Shown here piece after piece: positions 1 through 13,667 of a DNA stretch of 64,000 nt (position 1 is the stretch's first letter; every line of letters starts with the position of its first letter). The translations under genes were made by a program, and so were the position numbers. This DNA is from Chiloscyllium plagiosum (taxonomy: Eukaryota). The notes under the pieces are model-generated. The model did no database searches, was not told the origin of the DNA, and was given only the letters and a program-made list of their open reading frames with translations. The DNA is taken from assembly GCF_004010195.1 (NCBI RefSeq), contig NC_057719.1, positions 94,818,299 to 94,882,298 on the forward strand. The letters are read 5' to 3'.

Positions 1-281
1 TATGGAGTCAGCTATTACGAGGGGACATAGCTTTAAATTAAGGATTGGTTGGTATAGGACAGATGTTAGGGGTAGATTCTTTACTCAGCGAGTCGTGAGT
101 TCATGGAATGCCCTGCCAGTAGCAGTGGTGGACTCTCCCTCTTTATGGGCATTTAAACGGGCATTGGATAGGCATATGGAGGATAGTGGGCTAGTGTAGG
201 TTAGGTGGGCTTGGATCGGCACAACATCGAGGGCCGAAGGGCCTGTACTGCGCTGTATTTTTCTATGTTCTATGTTCTATG
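1..281 (+). mobile_element. CR1/HER1 LINE 3' end
   Basis: ORF2 C-terminus RGRFFTQRVVSSWNALP, then 3' UTR with gggccgaagggcctgt and a (TTCTATG)3 tail. Confidence 0.9.
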
Positions 282-3039
282 TATTACTTTTGAGTAATGT
301 TAATGCAGGGAAAGTAAACCCTGAGTATGCACAATGCCTTCCATGAAGTGTAAATGTGTTATAACTTTGACTAGATATCTAATGACAGCAAGGTATGGGT
401 TGTACCAGAAAAAAAAACGTACATTGACTATGGTCATGCTTATAATATTGAAATACCTTGAAGATGAGAGAATAGGCTCTTAAAATTTAATAAAACCATC
501 TGTGATAAATCATGGTGCTAAAAATTTGCAATGATTCCAATAGATTGCAACCATAATGACAACACTAGGACAGTGGTAAATCTATTTGGAAGCTAGAAAA
601 GCAAGGCCAGTCACAGATGAAATGTTCTGTTTGACAGCCATGCTTCTATTTCAATAAAAGGTTAAGAATATAAAAAGGATTTAGAGATGTTGGATTAATG
701 AACAACATCACTAAAAAATCAAATCTTTATTGTTTGGAAAAATGTAGACAAATTCTCTTGATTTAAATGAGAAAATACGTATTTTGCCCACAACAAGCAA
801 GGAGGAGGTTTACACCAGTAATAGAACCAGATGAGGGGAAAGAATATCTTGAAATGTTACAAATAACTTACTGATTCACGTCAGCGGCACAAAAGCAATG
901 AGCAAGCACCTTGAGGTCCTCATGGCTGCTTGCATCTACATTGGCATGTGCCCTTCTCCCAAGGGTTGGACTATGGGCCTAATTTTCCAACCAATGACTG
1001 GAAATGGAAACAAGCCCACCCATATTGTGAAGCTACCACTGGATGTGATATTGCTGGAGTTGAGGCCTTTAATGAGGCAGGAGCAGTGGCCGGCTGACTT
1101 TGGAGCAGACAGAATAAAAGTCCTTTCTCAGCAACTATTTTTGCAAAATGAGCACTGTAGAAAACATCTTTGTAGCTCTTCAGCTCTTCAGCTCTGATAA
1201 AATGGTTAACATACTGACATTTTCTTTTTGAGATGCCATTTTTCAGAGCCTTTTTAGCTCCTGCTTCATTTATCTCATAGTTTGCATACAAAATTTTAAA
1301 CATATGTTTTTTCAAACACATTTCAAAGACCTTTCTTTCTTCTATTGTCCTTTATCTATTGTCTCGGTTTCTGAATCATATAAGGAAGTTGTAGAATGTT
1401 GCATCTTATGAGTTTTCTCCTTGTTACAAAATTGAGTTTTCATTTTGTTGCTTCATAAAATTACTTCTGGCTATATTTGTATTTTTTGACTTCTACATCA
1501 GATTTGTAATCCTCTGTCATAATTGCACCTAACACTTGCTGACACAGGCATATTTGTCTTAAGAACCTAGTCTGGATCTTGTCATTTAGATGGTTAAGTC
1601 TGGCTATTTGATATGGTGCACCGTATACAGCACCACAGGAAACGACGTAATGACATGTGAACTTGCTCTCTCTTGCAGACCTGTGGCAAAATGAAGTGAC
1701 TTTAAGGTATTCCTTAAATAAAATTAATGTTCTTTTTACCTCACCAGACCATAGACATTCTCTAGTAGCACAATAAAAACATGAATATTATTGATATGCT
1801 CAGATAAAGAAAGTAATTTGCCTCGCACACAGTTTAATCTTATGCAGAAAAAAAATTGTCTTACTTTATGTTTTTTTTCTGAGGAGGTGGACTTGATGCG
1901 ACATTTCATCAGCAAGAAGCTAATTTGATAAGTGCCATTATTTGCTGCCAAACACTGTTTTGTAAGTTAAGCACTGGATGTAGGTTTGCTCATGTCTTGA
2001 TGAAACACTTCATTAAACTTAACTTGTAATCTTAAATAAAGAGAAGTCTCCTACTGATGCCGGTTATGAAGTCACTGAACATTGACATGAACCTTTTTGC
2101 ATACTTCTGTCTCAAAGAACATGGTGAACTTGGTTGAGGCTCTGCATGAAGTTCATGCATTTAATTTGCAAATAAATCTATTAAACACCGTTGTATATTG
2201 CTCACTTCTTTGAACTGGGTCCTTTTGATGAAGGTAGCATTTGTACTGTATGCTAGATTCAACTGTTCGAAGTTAAGTCAATGAGTTCCTAATAATTTTT
2301 ATTTTCATCTATCTTGTGATTGAAATATTTAATTAATTTAAAGTAATAGTCAATATTAAAGGTTCTATTAGAAGAATATTTACTTCAATAATAGGAACAG
2401 AAGTAGAGGGAACACTAGCTGTCAGCATAAAAGTTATGTTAGGATTTACACAAACTTCAGGTAACTACATGCAAAAGTTTAGCAATAGATACTAAGGTTG
2501 AGAATGTCAAGGAAAGCAGATAGACAGATGATAGTATTCTTGTTTCAAACACATACTGCCTTTATTACTTGCAATGCAAGGGACTCAACCTGAAAGGGAC
2601 AACAATTACCCTCACCTGGAGAGCCTGCCTTTCAGTGGTTACCATCATATTTCTGCACACAAATCTACATGAATCATGCATCAGTTTCTTCTTATTGACC
2701 AAGTACATATTGATTTTCAAGCCTTTGCACCACAATAGACCAATTACAATCTGCTTTGGATACATGGCACTTATCATTAGGTCAGGTACTTTAAACTTCT
2801 GCAACACAAGTTGAATGTGGATTATAGCTTCCTCTTGTCTCGCTTAACGAGGACAAGTTGCAGTCGGCTGAGCTTCTGTACATGCTTGGCTGCCTGTTTC
2901 TTTGATTAAGTGGAACCAGGTCTGATCAACCTGACCTTGTCTATGTGTTTAGCTGCACATTTACCGTCCCCACTCTCGAGTACTTAGGTGACCTACTTTT
3001 ATGTTCTGGCTCAATTTTTGAATCCTTCCATAAGAAAGC

Positions 3040-3560
3040 ACTGGGACTGGATGAGACGTATCCAAAGGTATTAAAGAAGGCTGAAACTACAGAGGCACTG
3101 GCGATAGTCACTTGTCATGAGAGGCACCAGAGGACTAGATAACTGCAGGCATTAAGTCTTTGTTCAGAAAAACATTTTAAGATTAAGCCTAGCAGTTACA
3201 GAGCAGTCAACTCAATTTCAATGGTGTGGAAGCTTCTAGATGCAATTACTCAGGATAGAATTAGTAGCCACGTGGAAAAATGCTGGTTGTTTAGGAAGAG
3301 CCAAATGGATTTATAAAGATGTATTTTGATTTGATGAACTGGCTGAAGATTTTGAAGAGATGACAGAAGGGGCCAGTGCAGATAATGCTGTTAATGTGTT
3401 GTATACAGACTTTCATAAAGCACTGCATACAGTGACAGTCTGCATTTCTACTTTATTGACAGAAAAGTTATTTCTACTGGAATAAAAGGGACTGTAATAA
3501 TGTGCATATAAAATTATCTAAGGAACAGGAAACAAAGAGAAAGGTGAATGAATTGACACA
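3040..3560 (+). mobile_element. Old CR1 LINE RT fragment
   Basis: Degenerate matches to GLDE.YPKVLK, LFRK, SQ.GF and VLYTDFHKA segments of CR1 ORF2. Confidence 0.6.
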
Positions 3561-3579
3561 TTGAAGGCTGAGGGTAAGG

Positions 3580-4745
3580 ATATTGTCAGGGCCATGGGGC
3601 AATGGCAGACATGATTGAAATGTGGAGCGAATTCAAGGAAAGGTTACTGCATATCCTTGATAAGTATGTAACGGTCACGTAGGGAGGAAGTTGGTGACCA
3701 TAGTTTATTAGGGAAGTTGAATCTCTTGTCAAGAGGAAGAAGAAGGCTTATGTTAGGATGAGATGTGATGGCTCAGTTAGGTCACTGAGAGTTACAAGTT
3801 AGCCAAGAAAGACCTAAAGAGAGAACTAAAAAGAGCCAGAAAGGGACAGGAGAAGTTGTTGGTGGATAGGATCAAGGAAAACCTTAAAGCTTTCTATCGG
3901 TATATCAGGAATAAAAGAATGACTAAAGTAAGATTAGGGACAATCAAGGATAGCAGTGGGAAGTTGTGCTTGGAGTCGGAGGAGATAGGGGAAGTGCTAA
4001 ATAAATATTTTTCATCAGTTTTCACACTAGACAAAGACAATGTTGTCGAGGAGAATACTGAGATACAGGAGACTAGACTAGACGGGACTGAGGTTCATAA
4101 GGAGGATGTGTTAGCAATTCTGGAAAGTGTGAAAATAGATAAGTGCCTTGGGCCGGATGGGATTTACCCTCAGATTCTCTGGGATGCCCAGGAGGAGATT
4201 GCTGAGCCTTTGGCTTTGATCTTTATGACATAATTGTATACAGGAATAGTACCAGAAGACTAGAGGATAGCAAATGTTGTTCCCTTGTTCAAGGATAATC
4301 ATAGACCAGTGAGCCTTACTTCAGTTGTGGGTAAATTGTTGGAAAAGGTTGTAAGAGATAGGATTTATAATCATCCAGAAAGGAATAATTTGATTAGGGA
4401 TAGTCAGCACGGTTTTGTGACAGGTCGGTCGTGCCTCACAAACCTTATTGAGTTTTTTTGTGAAGGTGACCAAACAGATGGATGAGGGTAAAGCGGTTGA
4501 TGTGGTGTATATGGATTTCAGTAAGGCTTTTGATAAGGTTCCCCACAGTAGGCTATGCACAAAATACAGAGGCATGGGATTGAGGGTGATTTAGCACTTT
4601 GGGTCAAAAGTTGGCTAGCTGAAAGAAGACAGAGGGTTATGGCTGGTGGGAAATATTCATCCAGGAGTTCAGTTACTAGTGTTGTACTACAAGGATCTGT
4701 TTTGGGGTCACTGCTGTTTGTCAATTTTGTAAATGACCTGGAAGT
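3580..4745 (+). mobile_element. CR1/HER1 LINE ORF2 fragment, truncated by a PLE hairpin
   Basis: ORF pieces IKENLKAFYRYIRNKR, GPDGIYP, RPVSLTSVVGKLLE, SQHGF..GRSCLTNL, QGSVLG, with stops and frameshifts. Confidence 0.9.
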
Positions 4746-5177
4746 AGTCTAACAGGTTTATTTGGAAACACTAGCTTTCGGAGCGCCGCTCCTTCATCAG
4801 GTGGTTGTGGAGGTTAAGATCATGCTCACAGAATTTATAGCCAAAGTTGTTTGATGTCATGGAGATATGATACAGTAAACAGTCTTAGATTCAAACTGTT
4901 ATAATGGGATATGCTGGTTTCTGTTCCTTGATATGTAAGTCCCAGAACTACTTTAAATTACATTCTTAAGATAGCTCAGCTTTTTAAACAGTAGGTGTGA
5001 AGTCTGTCTGAAAGTTTTAATCTAAGATTGTTTACTGTATCACATCTCCATGACACTGGACTCCTTCAGCTATAAATTCTGTGAGCATGATCTTAACCTC
5101 CACAACCACCTGATGAAGGAGCAGCGCTCCGAAAGCTAGTGCTTCCAAATAAACCTGTTGGATTACAACCTGGTGTT
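4744..5177. mobile_element. Fold-back PLE terminal-repeat element (inverted arms ~4744-4896 and ~5013-5167)
   Basis: The arms are reverse complements, each with the CTGATGAAGGAGCnGCGCTCCGAAAGCTAGTG hammerhead-like motif. Same family as 21246-21917 and 47662-49409. Confidence 0.8.
5107..5141 (+). ncRNA. Minimal type I hammerhead ribozyme motif (PLE-associated)
   Basis: CAC-CUGAUGA-A-GGAGC/GCUCC stem II-GAAA-G-CUA-GUG. Core is intact, helix I is CAC/GUG, helix III is the palindrome AGCU. Confidence 0.7.
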
Positions 5178-5954
5178 AATTTTCTGTGAAGAGAAATCAG
5201 GGTTAGTGTTTCAGGTCCAATTTCTGAGTTCTGAGGAAGGGTTACCAAACCAGAAACATTAAGTCTGATTTGTCTTAACAGATGCTAGCAGGCCTACTAA
5301 GCTTTTCCAGCAATTTCTGTTTTCGTTTCTGACTTACAGCACCTGCAGTTCTTAGATCTGAGTCGTTGTTCTTCAGTCCTAAATTTTTCAAATTAACTAC
5401 AACATAAGCTTCCACCCCATGCTTCTTGCCATTTTCTGTTGCACTCAATAAAACTAATACAGCACAATTTGTTTTAGCCGACACCTTATCAGCTGGTATG
5501 CTTGATATACTTGCAAAAATTATATACTTCAAATACTGTGATCTACCGCGATGTCAGAGTATTTATGCTTTGAATAAAATATATGAGTAATGTGTATACC
5601 CCCTGCATTATGTTGCTATTATTTGTGTTTTCCATTGATTTTAGGGGGTGTGTTCTTTTGAGGGATGGTGTTATCTCGAAGTTTCGCTTGGTCAGAGTTT
5701 ACTGTGGTTATGTGTACTACTTGATTATCTGGAACATTTGATCAATCACCACACTCATGTTTGCATAAATGCCAGTAAATAAAACGTTTGTCGGACATCC
5801 TTAGCTGCAGGCTCATTACTGCACTAACATTATTTATAGGTTACCAACAGAAAAGGAATCAGAGAAGACATTAAAATACAAAAATGCTCAGACCATCCTA
5901 TATATATTACAGTTTACTCCATTATTTTGCTGCTCTTTTGGTGTAATGCATTGC

Positions 5955-6342
5955 CGGGACCCTGCATCCACGTGGGATTAATGTGGATTAATGTCGATTT
6001 CACCAGTTTCTTTATTTCTCCTCGCCCCACACTATCCCAGTCTCAAGCCTCCAACTTGGCACTGCCCTCTTGACCTGTCCGTCATCCATCCCATCTATCT
6101 GCTCCACCCTCCTCTCTGACCTATCACCTTCTCCCCCATCTTCATCTACCTATCGCACTCTCAGCTACCTTAACCCCAACCCCACCCCCCTCCCATTTAT
6201 CTCTCAGCCCCGACCCATAAGCCTCATTCCTGATGAAGAGCCTATGGCCGAAACGTGGATTCTCCTGCTCCTGGGATGCTGTGCTTTTCCAGCAACACAC
6301 ACACGACTCTGATCTCCAGCATCTGCAGTCCTCACTTTCTCT
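5955..6342 (+). mobile_element. Penelope-like element 3' end / pLTR
   Basis: GIY-YIG C-terminal tail (GTLHPRGINVDF), pyrimidine-rich region, CTGATGA...GAAACG motif at 6230, and terminal ctccagcatctgcagtcctcactttctc. Confidence 0.8.
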
Positions 6343-7114
6343 TGAATAATCCATTTGTCATGTAGCTGATGCTTATGAGTTACTTATAAGTATTTATCAA
6401 GAGAAACACATTTCCATAAACATCTGCTCATGATAAATTTCCCAAGTTCCGAGTGGGTTTCTTTTCTTTACATCTTAAGTTTTACTTCTTAGCTTTTTGT
6501 GTGTAATCTGACAAAGAGATGGGAGTAAATATAAATATGCCTCATACAGAATTATGTCCATTTCACCAGGAGTGTTCCAAAAAACATTAAACGAGTTGAT
6601 TGCCTATTAAAATGTGAGATCAGTGCATTTTGGCATGGAATGACCACAGCTGATTCTGTACCATCCAACACTACAGAAAGCTAATCTCAATCTATTTCTG
6701 TGTGGGATCGTTTCAACACTTATCCTGTGTGAATAGATTTAAGCAGCCTTCATTTGAAATTGCTTTTCATAGGTGCTCCCATCACAGAACCCATTAATTT
6801 TATGACAGCTGACACATCAATGCGTGTCTGGATTTTTTACAGAAATAGAACATAAATTTCCAGCTTGGTGAAAGCTCAGCCACAATAACATTACAGCTCA
6901 TTCAAAATTACACACAAAGTATAAGGTCTAAAACAATCATCTGCAGCAAGTTAATTTTTCCACAATTAAACACAAAATTGCCTGTTAATATTGAGACTAA
7001 ATTATTGGATTAGTAATCCAAAGGCCTGATCCAGAGATGTAAATTCAAATCTTATACTCAGCTAATTAAATAAAAATCTGGAATTAAAAAGTTAATGTAT
7101 GCAAAGATGAATGT

Positions 7115-7565
7115 CCTTGATGGAGTGGGAGGGGACTTCAAGTGTTCAGCCACAGGGCAGTGGGAACATTTCAACTCCCCCTCCCACTCTGTCAAGGACA
7201 TGCAGGTCCTGGGCCTCTTCCACCGCCAAACCACTACCAGCCGACATCTTGGGACCCTGCAACCACGTGGGATTAATGTGGATTTTAGCAGCTTCCTCAT
7301 TTACCCTCCCCCCACATTATCCCAGTCCCAAGCCTCCATTTGGTACTGCCCTCTGGACCCATCCATCATTCCCCCCCCCCCCCCGTCCTATCACCCTCTC
7401 CCTCACCTTCATCCACCTATCACTTTCCCAACTACCTTTCCCACACCCTCCCATTTATCTCTCAGCCCCCCTGCTTTCTGATGAAGGGTTTATGCCCAAA
7501 ATGTCGATTCTCCTGTTCTTCTGATGCTCCCTGACCTGCTGTGCTTTTTCAGCATTACACTCTCT
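7115..7565 (+). mobile_element. PLE 3' fragment with a short 5' inverted segment
   Basis: HFNSPSHSVKDMQVLGL...LGTLQPRGINVDF. 7115-7150 is the reverse complement of 7165-7200. Confidence 0.8.
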
Positions 7566-9247
7566 TACATGGACTTTAGCAAGGCCTTCGACAATGTTAA
7601 TATACATTTCAAGAAGGCTGGAATGCAAGAACAGAGATGTACTGCTGAGGTTGTATAAGTCTCTGTAAGGCTGGTAAGGTTGTATAACGCTTTGGTCAGA
7701 CCGTATTTGGATGAGGGGAATCTCATCGAAATTCGCAGAATACTGAGAGGCCTGGACAGAGTGGATGTGGAGAAACTGTTTCTATTGTTAGGGGAGACTA
7801 GAGGCGTAGGGTACAGCCTTAGAGTGAAGGGATAACCTGTTAAAAATGAGATGAAGAGGAATATCTTCAGCGTGAGGGTGGTGAATCTGTGGAACTCATT
7901 GCTGCAGAGGGCTGTGGGGGCCAAGTCATTGAGTGTATTTAAGACAGAGATAGATAGGTCCTTGATCAGTAAGGGGAGAAGATTGTGGGGAGAAGATAGG
8001 ATAAGGGCTTGGTGAAGAGGAAATCATGTCCCATGAATTTTACTGAGTTCTTTGAAGGGGTGACTAAGAAAGTAGATAAGATCAGTATGGTAGATGTTGT
8101 TTACATGGACTTTAGCAAAGCCTTTGACAAGGTATCACGTGGTAGGTTGTTGTGTGAGGGTAAATCTCACAGGATCCAGGGGGAGATAGCCAATTGGATA
8201 CAAAACTGGCCTGATGATAGAACACAGAGGGTGGTGGTAGAGGGTTGTTTTTCAGACTGGAGGCCTGTAACCACCAGTGTGCCACAGGTATCAATGTTGG
8301 GTCCACTGTTATTCATCATTTATATAAATGATTTGGGTGAGAAATTAGGACGTATAGTTAATAAACTTGAGGATAACACCAGGATTGGTGGTATAGTGAA
8401 CAGTGAAGAAGGTTGTCTGGGAATGCAATGAGATCTTGATCAGCTACGCCAGTGGGCTAAGGAATGGCAGATGGAGTTTAAGTTAGATAAATGCAAGGTG
8501 TTGCACTTTGGGAAGGCAAAACAGAGAAGGACTTACACAGTCAATGGTAGGAATTTGGGGAGTGTTATATAATAAAGAGACCTAAGGATACAGGTTCGTA
8601 GCTCCTTTAGAGTGGAGTCACTGGGAGACAGGGTGGTGAAGAAGGCTTTCGGCATGCCAGCTTTCATTGGTGAGTACAAGAGTTGGGATGTCTTATTATA
8701 GCTGTACATGATGTTGGTGACGACACATTTCAAATACTGCACACATACGACAGAAAGGATATTATTAGACTAGAAAATGTGCTGAAAGGATTTACTAGCA
8801 TGCTACCTAGACAGGAAGGTTTTAGTTATAAAGCTGGAACTTCTTCCCTGGAGTGTAGAGGACTGAGGGGAGACCTCATAGAGGTACATAAAATCATGAG
8901 AGACCGAGATAATGTAGAGAGCTGACAGCTTTTCCCTAGAGTAAGGGAGTCTAAAACTAGCAGGTATAAGTTTAAGGTGGGAGGGGAGAGACAAAAAAAG
9001 GATCCAGAGGGGCAATATTTTCACATAGAGGGTGGAGAGTGTCTGGAACGGGTTGCCAGAGGTAGTGGTGGAAGCGAGTACAATTTGTCACTTAAGAAAC
9101 ATTTAGACAAGTACATGGATGGGATAGGTATGGAAGGATACAGACCAAACACAAGCAATCAGGATTCATTTAAATTGTGGAAACTGGATAGCATAAGCAA
9201 GTTGGGCCAAAGGATCTGATTTCATGTGGTAGACCTCTATGACTCTG
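7565..9247 (+). mobile_element. Two adjacent CR1 LINE fragments (~7565-8005 and 8009-9247)
   Basis: YMDFSKAFD, VPQVSMLGPLLFIIYINDL and LRGDLIEVHKIM motifs, ending in a ctctatgactct tail. Confidence 0.85.
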
Positions 9248-9409
9248 TTAAAGAAAAATGGGGGGCAGATTTGATGGGCCAAATGGCCTAATGATTTTTA
9301 ATGTCTTGTGACCTTATGGCTTTATGCTCTTCTGTCCTTATCTGATCTTTATGTGCAGCCAGACCTACCCATCCACTTTCAACAATTCGCTCTCTTCATC
9401 ACTGACAAA

Positions 9410-9755
9410 CAGCCGTTACCATGGGTCCTACCTACAAAATTCACAGCAGTAACTTACCCAGTTTCCTGACATGATATCTTCTGAAACCACAAATTCTGCC
9501 ACCTAGAAGGACAAGTTGCCTGGAAACATCACCATCTGCAAGTTTCCCTCAAGAGCACACACTATCTTGGCTTGGAAGTAGAATTCAGTATTGTTGGGTC
9601 AATGCCCTGGAACAACCTGATAGCACTGTGTGTGTAGCTATATTACATGAACCAGAAAAGTTCAAGAAGGTAACTCATCACCACCTTGTCATAGGCAATT
9701 AGAGACATAAAATAGGTGCGGACACAGCCAATGATATCCACAACCCATGAAAAGT
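9410..9755 (+). mobile_element. Degenerate LINE-derived (L2/CR1-clade) 3' fragment
   Basis: Similar to 40846-41225 (+) and 42895-43670 (-): ggaacaccatcacctgcaagttccc...ttcaagaagg...tcaccaccttctc. Confidence 0.55.
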
Positions 9756-9756
9756 G

Positions 9757-9818
9757 TTAGGGTTAGGGTTAGGGTTAGGGTTAGGGTTAGGGTTAGGGTT
9801 AGGGTTAGGGTTAGGGTT
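9757..9818 (+). repeat. Interstitial telomeric repeat (TTAGGG)10 plus TT
   Basis: Ten uninterrupted TTAGGG units at 9757-9816. Confidence 0.98.
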
Positions 9819-10110
9819 CCAGACACCCAGCTAATGTCTGGGGACCCAGGTGCGAGCCCTGCCATAGTAGATGGTAGAATTCAAACTCGATTTTAAAAAT
9901 CTGAAAAAGAGATTCCATTGATGACCAGGAAACTATTGTTGATTGTTGGAAAAACCCATCTGCTACACTAATGTCCTTGAGGGAAGGAATCAGGTCTCCT
10001 TACCTGGTGTGGCCTACATGTGACTCCAGACCCACAGCAATGTGATTGACTCTTAATAATTAGGATGGGTAATAAATGCTGGCCCAGCCAGCTACACTGC
10101 ATCCTGTTAG
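9819..10110 (+). mobile_element. 5'-truncated old SINE-like repeat
   Basis: Degenerate B-box-like ggtgcgagccc, then gtccttgagggaagga...ctggcctacatgtgactccagacccacagcaatg and a LINE-like tail. A related piece lies at ~45684-45800. Confidence 0.5.
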
Positions 10111-12033
10111 ACAAAAAAAAAGAGTTCTTTGAGAAAGAAGGATCTGTGGGAGGAATTTGGAGCCCTGTGATTTAGGAATTCCCAGAGAGGGAACTATTAA
10201 AATAATGGGGCAAAAATCCAAGCTGGAAGGATATAAAGTGAAAGGGAGGACCTACTCTTCAAAAAAAAAAGTGTGTGCAGGCTCCATGCAGAAGGTCTGC
10301 AGCAGACAAAGCAGGAGCCAGAAAACTCTGTTAGGACAAGGCTGCAGTATCAGAAACATTATAGTGTACATTTAAGGCTAAGCAGGACAAATCCAACCCG
10401 GGGTCATCAATAGTATCCACTTAGCAATAACCTACACAGTGATGCCCACCTGGCACAGAAGAAGATGGTTGTATTTGCTGGAGGTCGGTCATCTCAATTC
10501 CAAGGCATTTCTGCAGGAGTTCCTCAGGGTAGTGTCTTAGGCCCAACCATCTTCAGCTGCTTCATCAATGACCCATGAGTAGGTTATCGCGAAGCAGGTG
10601 CTATTGATGACATCATCCTTCATTATGTTGATGATCAAGAGTAGATTGATGGGGCGGTACTTAGCCGGGTTGGATTTGTCCTACTTTTTGTGTACAGGAC
10701 ATTCCTGGGTAGATGCAACTGTTGTAACTGTATTGGAACAGCTTGATTAGGGTAGTGGCAACTTTCAGAGCAACTTCAGCACTATTGTCAGAATGTTGTA
10801 AGGGCCCATAGTCTTTGTAGTATCCAGTTTCTTGATATCATTTGGAGTGAATCAAATTGGCTGAAAACTGGTATCTGTGATGCCACCATAATTCAAAGAG
10901 AATATTATTCCATGGTATTAACCAGTTTGTTAGCAACCAAACATCTTGAATCTAAACAGCTCTAATATATGAGGACAATCAAACAAATCTGACACGAATG
11001 CGATATAAGCTGAAATCAAATAAAAACAGAATGCGAAAGTAAAAGGTTAGTATTTATAAAATTCTCCATTGTTGAAATTATTAAGGTAACAGAGTATTAT
11101 GTAAAACCACTTCCAAAACATTCGGAAGTTAGTTAGAAAAATAAGTAGGGATCAGATAGTATATGTGGGAAGTAGAAATAGTCCATCACATTCCTCTCTT
11201 GTGCCTTATAGATGGTGTTCAGGCTCTGGGGTATGAGGAAATGAGGTATTTGCCACAGAATCCATATCCTTTGTCCTATTTTGCTGGTCAATGGGACCTC
11301 TCCAAAATGTTGATGGTAGGAAATTCAGCCATGGTACGAACAGGAAATGTCAAGTGAAGGTTCTCCTGTTGGAGATGACCATTGTCTGGAATTTGTGTTG
11401 TATCAATGTTACTTGCTGCTAACATAAGCCCTGAAGAAGGGCTTATGCCCAAAACGTCGATTCTCCTGTTCCCTGGATGCTGCCTGACTTGCTGCGCTGT
11501 TCCAGCACCACATTTTCAGCTATTATCCAAATCATTCTGCTTTGATTTCTCAAGTTGTGCTAACCACTGTGCAGTTTAAAAAATGCCTTCTCGTGGGTTG
11601 TGGATGTCACTGGCCATTACAATTGCCAGTGTGACTAGTTCTTACTCTCTTCTCAGCCCACACTGATTACCCTGTGCCTCTTACCAGCTCTGAGCTGAAG
11701 GGTTTATTTTGGAGTTCTGCTGTTGCCATATTGCTATTCCATGAGTGCTTCTGAATGCTTCTCTGTCTTACAATCAGCTGACTGACTATCTGAGAATTTT
11801 TAAAGTGAACTTGAAGTGTTCAACTCACTTGTCTTCTGAAATAATTTTCTCATGGGTCAAATGGAACTTTTTTTTTTACCTTTTTTATCTTCAGATATTT
11901 ATGTAGCCATCCCATCACTGTTCTCTGTGTCATGTATTGCAGCATCAACAACTGATGGTTTCAGGTAAACTGCTGCACCAATTCTTCTTTTTAGACATTT
12001 TCTAATCAACCTGTTCAGAAATGTTGTTATACA

Positions 12034-13667
12034 TTGAAAGATGTCCATATTACAGAGGAGGAAGTGCTGGATGTCTTGAAACGCATAAAAGTGGATAAAT
12101 CCCCAGGACCTGATCAGGTGTACCCAAAGACTCTGTGGGAAGCTAGGGAAGTGATTGCTGGGCCTTTTGCTGAGATATTTGTATCATCGATAGTCACAGG
12201 TGAGGTGCTGGAAGACTGGAGGTTGGCTAACGTGGTGCCACTGTTTAAGAAAGGTGGTAAAGACAATCCAGGGAACTATAGACTGGTGAGCCTGATGTTG
12301 GTGGTGGGCAAGTTGTTGGAGGGAATCCTGAGGGACAGGATGTACACATATTTGGAAAGGCAAGGAATGATTAGAGATAGTCAACATGGCTTTGTGTGTG
12401 GGAAATCATGTCTCACAAACTTGATTGAGTTTTTTGAAGTAACAAAGAGGGTTGATGAGGGCAGAGCAGTAGATGTGATCTATATGGACTTCAGTAAGGT
12501 GTTCGACAAGGTTCCCTGTGGGAAATTGGTCAGCAAGATTAGATCTCATGGAAAACAGGGAGAACTTGCCACTTGGATACAGAACTGGCTCAAACGTAGA
12601 AAACAGAGGGTGGTGGTGGAATGTTATTTTTCAGCCTAGAGGCCTGTGACCAGTGGAGTGTCATGAGGATCAGTGCTGGGTTCACTACTTTTTGTCATTT
12701 ACATAAATGATTTAGATGTGAGCATAAGGGGTATAGTTAGTAAGTCTGAAAATGACATCAACCTTGGAAGTGTAGTGGACAGCGAAGAAGGTTACCTCAG
12801 ATTACAATGGGATCTTGATCAGATGGGCCAATGGGCTGAGAAGTGGCAGGTGGAGTTTAATTTAGATAAATGTGAGGTGCTGCATTTTGGGAAAGCAAAT
12901 CTTAGCAGGACTTATACACTTAATGATAAGGTCCTAGGGAGTGTGGCTGAACAAAGAGACCTTGGAGTGCAGGTTCATAGCTTCTTGAAAGTGGAGTCAC
13001 AGGTAGATAGGATAGTGAAGAAGGCGTTTGGTATGCTTTCCTTTATTGGTCAGAGTATTGAGTATAGGAGTTGGGAGGTCATGTTGCGGTGATACAGGAG
13101 ATTGGTTCGGCCACTTTTGGAATATTGCGTGCAATTCTGGTCTCCTTCCGATCGGAAAGATGTTGTGAAACTTGAAAGGGTTCAGAAAAGATTTACAAGG
13201 ATGTTGCCAGAGTTGGAGGATTTGAGCTATTGGGAGAGGTTGAATAGGTTGGGGTTGTTTTCCCTGGAGCGCCGGAGGCTGAGGGGTGACCTTATAGAGG
13301 TTTATAAAATCATGAGGGTCATGGATAGGAAAAATAGATAAAGTTATTGTTACTGGGGTGGGGGAGTCCAGTACTGGAGGGCATAAGTTTAGGGTGAGAG
13401 GTGAAAGATATAAAAGAGACCTAACAGGCAAATTTTTCACGCAGAGGGTGGTATGTGTATGGAATGAGCTGCCAGAGGATGTGGTGGAGTCTGGTACAAT
13501 TGTAACATTTAAAAGGCGTCTGGATGGGTATATGAATAGGAAGGGTTTGGAGGGATATGGGCCAGGCGCTGGTAGGTGGGACTAGATTGGGTTGGGATAT
13601 CTGGTCGGTGTGGACAGGTTGGACTGAAGGGTCTTTTTCCATGCTGTACATCTCTATGACTCTATGA
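12034..13667 (+). mobile_element. CR1/HER1 LINE, 5'-truncated RT region through 3' tail
   Basis: ORFs 12034-12639, 12673-13092, 13102-13341 and 13358-13585 are collinear CR1 ORF2 (KSPGPDQVYP, NYRLVSL, YMDFSKVFD, VRPLLEYCVQFWSP, FFTQRVVCVWNELP). The catalytic FADD has decayed to SEND. The element ends in a (CTCTATGA)-like tail. Confidence 0.93.

Noticed and set aside
2924..2936. One-mismatch estrogen response element GATCAaccTGACC downstream of pgr
   Set aside because: About two such sites are expected by chance in 64 kb. It cannot be called without conservation or ChIP data.
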